From contig CAYHXX010000001.1 in assembly GCA_964360785.1 (NCBI GenBank), positions 9,334 to 73,333 on the forward strand: a stretch of 64,000 bases of DNA, given 5' to 3'. Shown one piece after another: positions 1 to 10,151 of the stretch. This stretch comes from an uncultured Gammaproteobacteria bacterium (lineage in GTDB: Bacteria; Patescibacteriota; Microgenomatia; Woykebacterales; RBG-16-39-9b). The translations under genes and the position numbers were made by a program. The notes beneath the pieces are model-generated. The model saw nothing but the letters and a program-made list of their open reading frames with translations, made no database searches and was not told where the DNA came from. Every line of letters starts with the position of its first letter. The first letter of the stretch is position 1.

Positions 1-594
1 ACTGCGAGTTTAGTAGTTGACCCCTATGATTCCTCAGTTGGACCAAAGTTTCCAAAAGTTGAAGCGGATATTGTCGCAGTTACACACGAACATTTTGACC
101 ACAATGCAGTCTCTAGTGTCGGAGGTGAGCCTTTTGTGGTCTCCGGACCAGGAGAGTACGAAGTCAAGGGTATTGAGATTGTGGCTGTCAAATCATTTCA
201 TGACAACAAACAAGGAGCAGAACGCGGTTTAAATACTATTTACAATTTTAAGATTGATAAAATAAACATCTGTCATCTTGGTGATCTCGGCCAGAGCACA
301 CTTTCTGAAGCTCAAGTAGAGGAAATTGGGAATGTTGATGTTTTGCTCCTGCCAGTTGGTGGTCATTTTACAATCGATGCAGCCGAAGCCAACAAAATTG
401 CTTCACAACTTGAACCTAAAATAATAATTCCGATGCATTTCAAAGATACCGAGACGAAAATAGAGGAGCTCGCTCCAGTAGAAAAGTTTCTCAAAGAAAT
501 TGGAAAAGAAAATCTCGAACCAGTAAACAAATTAACGGTTACTCCTGATAAACTACCAGAAGAAACTCAAGTAGTACTAATGTCGAGAAGTTAG
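1..594 (+). CDS. MBL-fold metallo-hydrolase, 5' truncated by the window edge
   Basis: Frame is open from base 1 (TASLVVDPY...THEHFDHN, the HxHxDH motif) and continues into ORF 136-594 with HLGDLG and IPMH motifs. Confidence 0.85.
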   Translation, partial: TASLVVDPYDSSVGPKFPKVEADIVAVTHEHFDHNAVSSVGGEPFVVSGPGEYEVKGIEIVAVKSFHDNKQGAERGLNTIYNFKIDKINICHLGDLGQSTLSEAQVEEIGNVDVLLLPVGGHFTIDAAEANKIASQLEPKIIIPMHFKDTETKIEELAPVEKFLKEIGKENLEPVNKLTVTPDKLPEETQVVLMSRS

Positions 595-619
595 AACGTT
601 TTAGAGTTTATACAACCCA

Positions 620-1972
620 ATGCCAGCAAAACCCACATCCACTAGGGTGGAAACCAAAATTAGTTTCGAGGGTAAAGTTCCACCACAAAATATTGAGGCC
701 GAACAATCTGTTCTCGGAAGTTTGCTGATCGACAAAGACTCAATTATCAAGATTGCCCAAGATCTTAGACCAGAGTTTTTTTACCGCGAGCAACATGCCG
801 AAATCTATCGTGCTATTCTGACTTTGTATGAAAAAAGACAGCCAGCTGATCTGGTCACAGTCACGGATGTATTGAAGAAAAATGGGGTTTTGGAACTCGC
901 CGGTGGGGCCGGGTACTTATCTGGATTGGTAAACTCAGTTCCGACCAGTGCTCATATTGAGCACTATGCAACTATTGTCAAGGAAGCAGCAACCAAAAGA
1001 GCTCTGATCGCAGCGGCAGCCAAAATCACAGAGGAAGCTTTCCAAGATAAAATTGAAGTTAAGGATTTGCTTGATTCTTCGGAGCAGCAACTTTTTGGGA
1101 TCTCCCAGCAACAACTCAAACAAAACTTTATCCCACTTAAAGACGCCCTTGCTGATAGTTTTGATCGTCTTGATGAACTTCACAAGAAAGGTAGTGGTCT
1201 GCGTGGGGTTCCAACTGGGTTTGGGGATGTTGATAAAAAACTGTCTGGTTTGCAGGATTCGAGTTTAATTATCCTCGCAGCAAGGCCATCCATGGGTAAA
1301 TCAACTTTTTGTATGAATGTTGCCCAGCATTTGGGTGTTAAGGAAAAAATCCCAGTTGGAGTCTTTTCTCTGGAAATGAGCAAGGAGCAACTAGTAGATT
1401 TGATGCTGGCCAGTCAATCTGATGTTGATGCTTGGAAGATTACTACTGGAAATCTGAAAGAGGAAGATTTTGAAAAGCTCTCAGAAGCAATGGGAGAATT
1501 AGCTGAAGCACCAATCTATATTGATGATACCCCGGGAATTTCAATCATGGAAATGCGGACAAAAGCACGGCGATTGCAGATGGAGCACGGATTAAAACTT
1601 TTGATTGTTGATTACTTGCAGCTTGTCCATGGACGAAACTTGGAAAACCGAGTCCAGGAAGTTTCGGAAATTTCTCAAGCACTGAAAAATCTTGCACGTG
1701 AGTTAAAAATCCCAGTCTTAGCTTGTTCCCAACTTTCGCGGGCAGTAGAGTCTCGACAGGCAAAAATTCCTCAACTTTCGGATCTACGTGAATCTGGAGG
1801 TATCGAGCAAGACGCTGATGTTGTCATGTTCTTGTATCGTGAAGATCAGGAGGATTTTGAAAACGTAAAACTCAACATTGCCAAGCACCGCTCCGGCCCC
1901 TTAGGTGAAATTGACCTGAAGTTCAAGGGGGAGCGCCGCAAATTCTTTGCTCTCGAGAAAGCTCGAGCCTGA
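620..1972 (+). CDS. dnaB: Replicative DNA helicase DnaB
   Basis: N-terminal PPQNIEAEQSVLG, Walker A ARPSMGKS, IVDYLQL, LSDLRESGGIEQDAD. Confidence 0.98.
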   Translation: MPAKPTSTRVETKISFEGKVPPQNIEAEQSVLGSLLIDKDSIIKIAQDLRPEFFYREQHAEIYRAILTLYEKRQPADLVTVTDVLKKNGVLELAGGAGYLSGLVNSVPTSAHIEHYATIVKEAATKRALIAAAAKITEEAFQDKIEVKDLLDSSEQQLFGISQQQLKQNFIPLKDALADSFDRLDELHKKGSGLRGVPTGFGDVDKKLSGLQDSSLIILAARPSMGKSTFCMNVAQHLGVKEKIPVGVFSLEMSKEQLVDLMLASQSDVDAWKITTGNLKEEDFEKLSEAMGELAEAPIYIDDTPGISIMEMRTKARRLQMEHGLKLLIVDYLQLVHGRNLENRVQEVSEISQALKNLARELKIPVLACSQLSRAVESRQAKIPQLSDLRESGGIEQDADVVMFLYREDQEDFENVKLNIAKHRSGPLGEIDLKFKGERRKFFALEKARA

Positions 1973-2021
1973 AAATAATCTACTCTAGAATCAAGTATTG
2001 TTTAGAGTTATTATTAATTCA

Positions 2022-2816
2022 ATGCCAAGACGCAAATCCATTCTTTCTTCCCGAAAACGATATCTTCAGGTTGCTCTAAACAGCACGCTGGATGATGCTC
2101 GAAAAATAATTTTTCAACTTCCCCGAAGTGACCGTATTCTCGTTGAAGCCGGAACACCCTTAATCAAGCGTTACGGACAGGAAGGTATTCGCCAAATATT
2201 TAGCTGGTATCAACAACATTTGCTTGGTCAATCGTCTTTCCTACCTTTTATTGGAGAGAACTCTTTGGAGAGCGTTTTATTTGGAAGAACATTTCAAAAA
2301 CCAGTTTCTCAACAGTGGTCGAATGGATCAACTGCATTTTTTCCTTATATTGTGGCGGATTTAAAAACTATGGATCGGGGAGAGACTGAAGTTGAGATTG
2401 CCTCTTCAGCTGGGGCGAGTGCAGCAATTGCCTTAGGTAACGCTCCAATAGAAACAATCGATTCTTTCATTGAAAATTGCGAGAAATTTGGATTGGACAG
2501 CATGGTTGATATGATGAATGTTGATTTTCCTTTATCAGTTTTGCGGAAACTAAAAAAACAGCCAATTGTAGTACTTCTTCATCGTGGGGTAGATGAAGAA
2601 AAGTTCAACCGCGAGAAACAGATACCTTTGCATGAGATCAGAAGAATTAAAGGCAATTATGATATTTTGATTTCAATTGCAGGTGGAGACACCCCTAGGG
2701 AAGTTCAAAGTTCTGTTTTCAATGACGCCGATATAGTCGTGATTTGGAAATCAGTTTTTCAGAGTACCGCTGAAACAGTTGGATTAGTTGAAAGTTTTTT
2801 GAAAGAGATTAAGTAG
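2022..2816 (+). CDS. OMP decarboxylase/3-hexulose-6-phosphate synthase (HUMPS) family TIM-barrel protein
   Basis: LQVAL, EAGTPLIKRYG, VADLKTMD, HRGVDEE, IAGG motifs; ATG at 2022 preferred over TTG at 1998. Confidence 0.75.
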   Translation: MPRRKSILSSRKRYLQVALNSTLDDARKIIFQLPRSDRILVEAGTPLIKRYGQEGIRQIFSWYQQHLLGQSSFLPFIGENSLESVLFGRTFQKPVSQQWSNGSTAFFPYIVADLKTMDRGETEVEIASSAGASAAIALGNAPIETIDSFIENCEKFGLDSMVDMMNVDFPLSVLRKLKKQPIVVLLHRGVDEEKFNREKQIPLHEIRRIKGNYDILISIAGGDTPREVQSSVFNDADIVVIWKSVFQSTAETVGLVESFLKEIK

Positions 2817-2840
2817 AATGAAATTTTTTAGTCTACCGAA

Positions 2841-3626
2841 TTATTTTTTTAAGAAAGACGAGAGAGATTTCAGTCCTTCCATGAATTCGATTGGAAGAGC
2901 AAAAATGACGGTTTTTGAAGGGTCTGGGTTAATTTCCTCGATCGTTGCTAGAGTTCGTAAAGACATACCTCCAGGTACTTGACTGAGTCGTTCTGCGGCT
3001 TGTGCAAGTTTTTCAGATGCAGCAAATTCACCTTCAGAGCGAATAATGACGGCTCGTCGTTCACGCTCCGATTCAGCTTGTTTGGCCATAATTCTCTTCA
3101 TATCTGCAGGAAGCTCAATGTCTTGGATTTTGATGTCAGTAACATCGATACCCCAATTGGACGTAGTCGCATCGACAATCTTTTTTATTTCCAGCGAAAT
3201 TTGGTCTCTTTCTGAAAGGAGGGTATCTAGCTCAACCCCACCAATGACATCGCGAAGGGCAGCTTGTGCATATTGGGATACAGCTAGCTGGTAGTTTTGA
3301 ATATTCAAAATTGACTTGGCGGCATCAAGAACTTGGAAATAAACTACAGCGTTGATTCCAACCGGAACATTATCTTTGGTAATAACTTCTTGCTGAGGAA
3401 TGTCGAAAGTAGCAACACGCATATCGATTTTGATCATGCGTTGAATTCCAATGAAGTTAAAGATCCAGGTCAGACCGGGTTCTCTTTGTCCGGAGTATTT
3501 ACCCAAAGTTAGGATAACTGCTCTTTCGTATTGATTTACAACCCTAAGTCCGCCGATGATAATACCGACACCAATAATCAATAAAATGGGAAAGCTACCA
3601 AAAATTAAGGCAAGAATGAACTCCAT
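2841..3626 (-). CDS. SPFH/stomatin (band 7) membrane protein
   Basis: N-terminal TM segment, QYERAV, QEVITKDNV, AKQAESERERRA. Confidence 0.93.
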   Translation of the reverse strand: MEFILALIFGSFPILLIIGVGIIIGGLRVVNQYERAVILTLGKYSGQREPGLTWIFNFIGIQRMIKIDMRVATFDIPQQEVITKDNVPVGINAVVYFQVLDAAKSILNIQNYQLAVSQYAQAALRDVIGGVELDTLLSERDQISLEIKKIVDATTSNWGIDVTDIKIQDIELPADMKRIMAKQAESERERRAVIIRSEGEFAASEKLAQAAERLSQVPGGMSLRTLATIEEINPDPSKTVIFALPIEFMEGLKSLSSFLKK

Positions 3627-3768
3627 AAAACTAATATATCACAAAAATCTAACTTGCAATAGGGAATTGCTGTTATTGAAAAGCGAACGCTGAAAATATT
3701 CATCATAGAAAAAGTTCGAACCTAGAATAAAGAGAAACCGTTGAACGAGTGTGTCCAACGGTCGAAGT

Positions 3769-4209
3769 CTAGTTATTTTTCTCAATGATTTTAGTTCTAT
3801 CTCTGGGATCTACACGCTTCAGATGTCTGCTCGAAAGTTTCTTTGCAAGTAAATCCAGCTGATCTCTGACCCAATTGTATCCCAAGATATTTCTCTTGTT
3901 CAAATCTTCAGGTGTAGAGTGTATTGTCTTCGTCGCTACACTTATGCGATCAGTTAAACCGCTAACTATCTCAGCTGAGACTGTCAGATTACAGGAGCCA
4001 TCAGGATTAAGAGCAAAGCATTCCCGAGAGAACGGAATGTCATCTCGTGTTGTCTCGATTGTTACAGTGATCACATCTCCATCGCTATTTACCAAAATGA
4101 AACAATTTGGTCTCACACGGTATGCCGCCGGGTTCTGTGAATTCTTGCCAAGTTTATTTTGTGCAATTTCCCAGAGTGGGTGACTCTCTTGCTCAGGAGT
4201 TGTTGTCAC
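3769..4209 (-). CDS. Hypothetical protein
   Basis: 146 aa ORF with AGGAGGAG SD, GTG start overlapping the upstream TGA, terminator hairpin downstream. Confidence 0.6.
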   Translation of the reverse strand: MTTTPEQESHPLWEIAQNKLGKNSQNPAAYRVRPNCFILVNSDGDVITVTIETTRDDIPFSRECFALNPDGSCNLTVSAEIVSGLTDRISVATKTIHSTPEDLNKRNILGYNWVRDQLDLLAKKLSSRHLKRVDPRDRTKIIEKNN

Positions 4210-4346
4210 TTTATCTCCTCCTTACACCATGGTGCTGAGCCAATTCGGGTTGGTGGTTGTGTTGTGCTGTAGATAGGCATCTTCTTGATCTCTTCGTCTC
4301 GATTGCCAAGATAGGCGGGTGGGTACAACACAAGAACGTAATACAC
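4206..4346 (-). CDS. Small hypothetical protein (46 aa) coupled to the next ORF
   Basis: GGAGGTGA SD before GTG at 4346; GTGA overlap with the start at 4209. Confidence 0.4.
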   Translation of the reverse strand: MYYVLVLYPPAYLGNRDEEIKKMPIYSTTQPPTRIGSAPWCKEEIK

Positions 4347-4443
4347 CGTGATCACCTCCAGTGCAAAGGATTTTAGCATATTTGGCCCGAGCAATTAACT
4401 TTTGAAAAAATAGCTTTGAAATTGTATAATGGGAGGACCTTTT

Positions 4444-4530
4444 GCCGGGGTGGCGGAACTGGCAGACGCGCGGGACTCAAAATCCCGTGATCGCAAGATC
4501 GTGGGAGTTCGACCCTCCCCCTCGGCACCA
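4444..4530 (+). tRNA. tRNA-Leu(CAA)
   Basis: Cloverleaf with acceptor stem GCCGGGG/CCTCGGC, anticodon loop CTCAAAA, long variable arm, GTTCGA T-loop and encoded CCA; TATAAT upstream. Confidence 0.96.
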
Positions 4531-4564
4531 AAAGAGAAACCCTAAGTTGCATTTGAACCTAGGG

Positions 4565-4876
4565 TCATTTGACACTTGTTTTGCGTTTCTTTGAAGAGAA
4601 TCGGAAATTAATTCGATACCTGCGTAAAGCTTCAAAAGCCTCATCTTTTATATCGTTATCGATACACTCAAGTACACAAGCGAAGGCGGACCGTTTGACC
4701 AACCAGACCACCTCTTCACTCCAGTCTCCCTGCTGTTCTCTACTCATTCTAAGCAACCGAATTAGTCTTGATAAGTAACCCTGTTGGATATCAGATTTGC
4801 GCTGAATCCAGACAGTCACTGATTTGAGATCCTTTGGCGCCTTTGTCCGCTTGGGTTTGCGGCCCATTGTCCCCAC
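4565..4876 (-). CDS. Hypothetical basic protein
   Basis: 103 aa ORF with TAAGGAG SD; hairpin at its 3' end facing the tRNA. Confidence 0.55.
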   Translation of the reverse strand: MGTMGRKPKRTKAPKDLKSVTVWIQRKSDIQQGYLSRLIRLLRMSREQQGDWSEEVVWLVKRSAFACVLECIDNDIKDEAFEALRRYRINFRFSSKKRKTSVK

Positions 4877-4945
4877 ACTCCTTACTTGAGGGAATTGTAC
4901 TCCTTATTTCTTGAGACTTGAACTTGTCTGTATAATAGTCCAGTT

Positions 4946-5509
4946 ATGTTAAACGTTAACGAACTGCGAAATGGTACAACTTTTCAAGAAGATGGAAACC
5001 TTTTTGAGGTTTTGGAATATTCTCACACCAAGATGGGGCGGGGAACTGCAACTATTCGCGTTAAAGTCAAAAATCTAAAATCCGGTTCAACTACTGAGAA
5101 AACATTTATTTCCAGCGCAAGGGTGGAAGAAGCCGAGCTTGATAAGGTGGATGGGCAATTTCTATACAAAGATTCCAAAGAAGTGACTTTCATGAATCCG
5201 AAGACTTACGAGCAATTTGCAGTTCCAACCTCAGTAATGGGCGGTCAAGAAAAGTATCTTAAGGAAGGTGAAAACTATTCACTGAATACTTTTGAAGACA
5301 AAGTTTTGAGTGTCGATCTACCCCGAACAGTTATCCTGAGAATCGTCGAAGCACCTCCTGGTGTCCGAGGCGATACAGTTTCCAATGTCTACAAAGAAGC
5401 CCTCGCGGAAAATGATATCAAGGTGAGAGTTCCGCTTTTCATCAACGAAGGTGATAGTGTCAAGATCGATACGCGTTCAGGGGAATATATCGAGAGGGTT
5501 AAGATTTAG
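4946..5509 (+). CDS. efp: Elongation factor P
   Basis: HTKMGRGTA loop, PPGVRGDT, VPLFINEGD, IDTRSGEY. Confidence 0.97.
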   Translation: MLNVNELRNGTTFQEDGNLFEVLEYSHTKMGRGTATIRVKVKNLKSGSTTEKTFISSARVEEAELDKVDGQFLYKDSKEVTFMNPKTYEQFAVPTSVMGGQEKYLKEGENYSLNTFEDKVLSVDLPRTVILRIVEAPPGVRGDTVSNVYKEALAENDIKVRVPLFINEGDSVKIDTRSGEYIERVKI

Positions 5510-5557
5510 TTTTCAATCTTGGACAGCAGAGTGTGAGCCAAATTTCCAAAAGGGTTA

Positions 5558-5998
5558 TTAGGTAGTTAAAATTAAGAGGCAGATTGTGCAGGTTACGGCT
5601 GTAATTGCAAGTCCGGGCCAGAAAGTTACATTTCTTTGGATGCTCATGTGGAAACGGTTTGGGATAGCAACAAGAGCGTATTTTTCGAAGTAACTCGTAA
5701 AGTGTCGGTAAGTCCCCAAAATAAAATCAGGTAAAGTCCCCAAGAAACCACCGACAAAAAACAAATATTGGTTCTGTAGCCCCGAAGTCGCGATAAAAAG
5801 TAAGCTCAAACCAACTAAGTAATCTACAATGATCCCAAAACTTGTTTTTTTGTTAAAAGGAGTTTTGGGGGAGCCGTCCCAGTGAGGGATAGAGTCCAGT
5901 GCAAAGTGGGACAAGTATGCTAGTGGAAGTGAAATCGTTGGTTCCGGAATGATCTTCACGATTACGGCTCCAACTAGTAAATGAGGTGTAGATAACAT
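5558..5998 (-). CDS. Membrane protein, possibly a membrane-bound metal-dependent hydrolase
   Basis: TPHLLVG, SHFALDSIPHWD, LPD and late H motifs among TM helices. Confidence 0.6.
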   Translation of the reverse strand: MLSTPHLLVGAVIVKIIPEPTISLPLAYLSHFALDSIPHWDGSPKTPFNKKTSFGIIVDYLVGLSLLFIATSGLQNQYLFFVGGFLGTLPDFILGTYRHFTSYFEKYALVAIPNRFHMSIQRNVTFWPGLAITAVTCTICLLILTT

Positions 5999-6103
5999 TT
6001 TGTCAAAAAATATCCCGCCAGAGTTGATAATTTACCCCTTGACGGGAACCTATATTTTGATTATATCATCTATCAGTCAAGCGAGCAAAGGATTTAAGCA
6101 CAT

Positions 6104-6724
6104 ATGGCCGAATTAATTTCATTTTTATCAAATTCTCTAGTCAGCATTATTTTGCTCTTCTATGTTATTGTTGTTTGGGTGGCACTGGTGGGTTGGACTG
6201 CTATCGATGTTTTCAATCGAACCAACAACTGGATCTATCGTATCCTAGCTATAATTCTGGTGGGGATAGGTACTTTATTTGGATTTGTTCTTTACCTCCT
6301 TGTGCGCCCACAGTCTACAAAAGAAGATCGTCGCTTCCATGAGTTGGAAGAAAAACTGCTTGAGACCCAAGCCCGTTCTTTTCTATGTCCGCAATGTAAA
6401 GATATTGTTCGCGAAGATTTTCTGTTTTGTCCAAGTTGTGGCTTGGTTCTGAAGAGAGAGTGCCCATCTTGCCAGAAGGGTTTAGAGATTGCATGGACAC
6501 AGTGTCCGTATTGCGGTTACAAAACTGGTCCAGCGCAGTTACCTGCTGTTACTGAGGTGGCCGTGGAAAAAGGTATTTCTTTGTTAAAGAGAATAAGTGG
6601 CTTATTTGTGGGTAGGGTACAAAAAGGAGAGTTAAAAAGAGGTCGTGGTCGTCCCCGCAAAAATCCAATTCCAGAATTACCTATTGTCAAACGTCCTCGT
6701 GGCCGCCCGAGAAAAAATGCCTAA
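6104..6724 (+). CDS. Membrane protein with double zinc ribbon and two C-terminal AT-hook motifs
   Basis: Two TM helices, four CxxC (CPQC, CPSC, CPSC, CPYC), RGRGRPRK and RPRGRPRK. Confidence 0.8.
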   Translation: MAELISFLSNSLVSIILLFYVIVVWVALVGWTAIDVFNRTNNWIYRILAIILVGIGTLFGFVLYLLVRPQSTKEDRRFHELEEKLLETQARSFLCPQCKDIVREDFLFCPSCGLVLKRECPSCQKGLEIAWTQCPYCGYKTGPAQLPAVTEVAVEKGISLLKRISGLFVGRVQKGELKRGRGRPRKNPIPELPIVKRPRGRPRKNA

Positions 6725-7811
6725 CCTTTCAATTAGTTATCGATTAGAACTTCTGCGGGAACAGCTTTCAAAGGAAAAACTTGACTTTATCTTGGTTTCT
6801 TCAACCATTAACCGCCACTATTTAACAGGTTGGATGGGGGATTTTGAATCTGGCTATCTTTTGATCACTTTAAAAAAAGCGTTTCTAATCACTGACAGTC
6901 GTTATACTGAAGAAGCGGTGGAAAAATCCCCACATTTTGAGTTAAGAGAATATGGGTTGGACGAGAAGTTCTGGAACAAGCTCTTTATCGAAGCTGCCGG
7001 TAAAAGAGTCGGTTTTGAAGCCAACGATCTTGCATTTGCCGAATTAAAAAACTTTAAACGCCAGGGGAGAAGTATAAACTTTATTCCCACGACAAATTTA
7101 ATCGAAAAATTGCGCGCAATTAAAGAAGCGAAGGAAATTAAGCTTCTTCAAAAGGCGGCTATTATTTGTGACCAGGCTTTTCACTTTGTTTTGAAAAATG
7201 TAAAACCTGGTTTGACTGAGCGCGAAGTTGCTTGGAAAATGGAAAAGTTTATGCGCGAAAAAGGGGCTCAAAAAAACGCTTGGGATCCTTTTATTGTTGC
7301 CGCTGGGGAAAATTCTTCTAAAGTACATTACGCTGCTGGAGAGCGAAAGCTCAAAAAAGGTGACCAGGTTTTACTTGATTGGGGGTGTTACTACCAAGGC
7401 TATGCTTCTGATATTTCCAGGGTTATTTTTCTTGGGGCCCCGACCGAAAAACAATCTAGTGTTTATAACTTGGTTTTAGAAGCCCAGAGATTGGGGATGA
7501 AGCAGATTAAGGTTGGCGGATTGACTAAGAAGGTTGATTTGGCAGCTCGTAATTTTCTTGTTTCGAAATCCAAATTCTCTTTTGGTCACGGTGTAGGGCA
7601 TGGAGTTGGTTTACACGTTCATGAACTGCCAAGAGTTAACTCAAAATCAAAAGAAAAATTCTCTGTTGGCAACGTTGTCACAGTTGAACCCGGAATTTAT
7701 GAACCAGGTTGGGGAGGGGTAAGAATCGAAGATATGGTGCTGGTGAAAGAAAAGGGTTTTGAAGTTTTAACCAAATCGCCAAAAGAGTTAGAACAAATCA
7801 TTGTCAAATAA
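6717..7811 (+). CDS. Xaa-Pro peptidase (M24 family)
   Basis: DSRY, DWG..YASDISR, HGVGHGVGLHVHE, TVEPGIY, GVRIED; ATG at 6717. Confidence 0.93.
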   Translation: MPNLSISYRLELLREQLSKEKLDFILVSSTINRHYLTGWMGDFESGYLLITLKKAFLITDSRYTEEAVEKSPHFELREYGLDEKFWNKLFIEAAGKRVGFEANDLAFAELKNFKRQGRSINFIPTTNLIEKLRAIKEAKEIKLLQKAAIICDQAFHFVLKNVKPGLTEREVAWKMEKFMREKGAQKNAWDPFIVAAGENSSKVHYAAGERKLKKGDQVLLDWGCYYQGYASDISRVIFLGAPTEKQSSVYNLVLEAQRLGMKQIKVGGLTKKVDLAARNFLVSKSKFSFGHGVGHGVGLHVHELPRVNSKSKEKFSVGNVVTVEPGIYEPGWGGVRIEDMVLVKEKGFEVLTKSPKELEQIIVK

Positions 7812-7839
7812 ACTCTCGTTTGCTAGAATCGGGATCAGT

Positions 7840-9270
7840 ATGAAAGTTGTCGTGACAGAGCAGCCAATCGAAGAACTCCAAACCGAGGCCCTAGTAATTC
7901 CAGTTTTCGAGGGTGACAAAAACTTTTCAGATAGGGTTCCAGACAATCTCACCGAAAGTGATTTTTCTGGAAAATTGTATGAAACCTTTTTAATTCCTCC
8001 TTCTGCAGAAACTCCGAAGATATTGCTTGTTGGCGCCGGTAAGAAAATTGATTTTGATGCTCGTTTGGCGCGTAATGTCGCTGGAGCAGCAACTCGAAGA
8101 TTGCTTAAGAGCAAGGTCAAAAAGATTGCTTTTGACGCCGCTATTTATGACAAACCCAGCCTGATTATTGAGGGAGTCGGCCTAGCCGAGTTTGACCCGG
8201 GGATTTACAAAACTGGTAAGGATAGACCAGGGAAAATCGATGAGCTGACAATTTTAGGCAAAATCTCGAATTCGGAAATCAGAAAATCTCAAAATATTAT
8301 TGAAACTACAAATTGGGTTAGGAGGCTCGTTTCAGAACCAGCAAACCTTTTGACACCAAAACATATTGTTAATGAGGCCCGCAGTATCGCAAAAACTAGC
8401 AACCTCGGTATTGAAATCTACGACGAAAAGCAGGCAGCCAGAGCGGGCATGGGGGCTTTTGTTGGAATTGCTAAAGGGAGTCATGAACCTTCCTACATGC
8501 TGGCATTGAAATATCTTTACAAAAAAGGCGCCCCAACTTTGGGTGTGGTCGGAAAAGGGATAACTTTTGATTCTGGTGGGATTTCGATAAAACCTTCAGA
8601 CAAAATGCACGAGATGAAAATGGATATGGCTGGAGCTGCGGCAACTATTGGTTTTATGAAGCTAGTTGGTGAACTCAAACCAAAGATGAATGTTGTCGGG
8701 GTTACACCTTTGACTGAAAACCTTCCCGGTGGTGGTGCGCTGAAGCCTGGGGATGTGGTTAAAGCCTTAAACGGAAAAACTATCGAAGTACAAAATACCG
8801 ATGCCGAAGGGCGGGTTGTTTTGTCCGATGCACTTGTCTACGCTCAAAAGCTGGGAGCGACAAAGATAGTTGATTTAGCAACCCTCACTGGCGCGGCGAT
8901 TGTTGCGTTAGGTGCTGAAGCAACGGCTATTTTAGGTAGTAACCAAGAATTTACTGATAGAGTAATTAAATCTGGAAGTGAGGTTGGAGAGCGCATGTGG
9001 CAACTGCCAATTTATCCGGAACACAAAGATTTATTGCGTTCTGATATTGCTGATATGGCGAATATTGCACCGACTCGGGGGGCAGGAGTTATCGCCGGAG
9101 CGGTTTTCTTACAAGAATTTATCGAGCCAAAGAACTCTTGGGTACACTTAGATATTGCTGGAACAGCCTGGCTGGACAATGAAAAAACCTACATGACAAA
9201 AGGAGCTACTGGAGTCGGAATCAGAACTTTGCTGAATTTACTAGACAATCTGCAAGCAGAAATTAACTAG
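7840..9270 (+). CDS. pepA: Leucyl aminopeptidase (M17)
   Basis: VGKGITFDSGG, MKMDMAGAA, NTDAEGR, HLDIAG; ATG at 7840. Confidence 0.95.
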   Translation: MKVVVTEQPIEELQTEALVIPVFEGDKNFSDRVPDNLTESDFSGKLYETFLIPPSAETPKILLVGAGKKIDFDARLARNVAGAATRRLLKSKVKKIAFDAAIYDKPSLIIEGVGLAEFDPGIYKTGKDRPGKIDELTILGKISNSEIRKSQNIIETTNWVRRLVSEPANLLTPKHIVNEARSIAKTSNLGIEIYDEKQAARAGMGAFVGIAKGSHEPSYMLALKYLYKKGAPTLGVVGKGITFDSGGISIKPSDKMHEMKMDMAGAAATIGFMKLVGELKPKMNVVGVTPLTENLPGGGALKPGDVVKALNGKTIEVQNTDAEGRVVLSDALVYAQKLGATKIVDLATLTGAAIVALGAEATAILGSNQEFTDRVIKSGSEVGERMWQLPIYPEHKDLLRSDIADMANIAPTRGAGVIAGAVFLQEFIEPKNSWVHLDIAGTAWLDNEKTYMTKGATGVGIRTLLNLLDNLQAEIN

Positions 9271-9308
9271 TATTTCCTAAAAAGACAAAAACTTCATATA
9301 ATAAAAAC

Positions 9309-10151
9309 ATGCATCCTGTCTTATTTGGTCTTGGTCCAATCACAATCTACTCCTATGGTTTTTTTCTTGCGCTAGCTTACATGTTTGCTACCTATGTGTT
9401 TTGGCGTGAGGGAAAGAAACAGGGTTACCAAGAAGAGAAACTTTTGGACTTTTCTATCATTTCCTTGCTCGCTGCTTTGGTGGGTGGAAGAGTGTTTTAT
9501 GTGCTTATTAATCTAAAACAGTTTTCTGGGGATTTAAAAAGCGCTTTATATGTTTGGGAAGGCGGTTTTGCCTATTACGGTAGCTTAGTATTTGTTTTTC
9601 TAACTTGCATTTATTTTATTCGAAAATGGCGTTGGAGTTTTCTGCAGGTAGTGGATATAGGTTCATTGTCTGTTCTTGTCGCGATTATTTTTGCAAAGAT
9701 TGGTAGCTTTCTGTCTGGGAATGACTATGGAACACTGACAAAATTGCCTTGGGGGGTAACCTTTTCATACCTTGAGGGTAAGCGTCATCCAGTACAGCTT
9801 TATGAAGCGGTTTTCGCAATTATTCTGCTAATTACCATTTATTCTTACTACAAAAGAAATATAAAATCCGTAAATTTCCGGAGTGGGGCAGTGTTTTTCT
9901 ACTTTCTGCTTTTTAATAGTTTGGGTAGATTTGCTTTTGAGTTTTTCCGTGGTGACTCGAGTTACTTGGGGCCGGTGAAACTAGCAAACGTTATAAGTCT
10001 TATCCTTGCGGGAGTTGCTTTGTTTTCATTATACTTCTATCAGTTTAGAAATTTCGGTGAGGATAAACACAAAATTACAAAATATATTTTTGGTTTGGGA
10101 AGAATCAAAAGCCGTTTTAGAAAGGGAATAAATGAACCTAGAGCATTTTAA
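9309..10151 (+). CDS. lgt: Prolipoprotein diacylglyceryl transferase family protein
   Basis: MHPVLF, YSYG, GG..YYG, YG..T.LPWG, RHPVQLYE, EFFRGD. Confidence 0.88.
   Translation: MHPVLFGLGPITIYSYGFFLALAYMFATYVFWREGKKQGYQEEKLLDFSIISLLAALVGGRVFYVLINLKQFSGDLKSALYVWEGGFAYYGSLVFVFLTCIYFIRKWRWSFLQVVDIGSLSVLVAIIFAKIGSFLSGNDYGTLTKLPWGVTFSYLEGKRHPVQLYEAVFAIILLITIYSYYKRNIKSVNFRSGAVFFYFLLFNSLGRFAFEFFRGDSSYLGPVKLANVISLILAGVALFSLYFYQFRNFGEDKHKITKYIFGLGRIKSRFRKGINEPRAF

Noticed and set aside
4444-4530. tRNA used as a prophage or island attachment site
   Set aside because: No duplicated 3' end or integrase noticed in the window.
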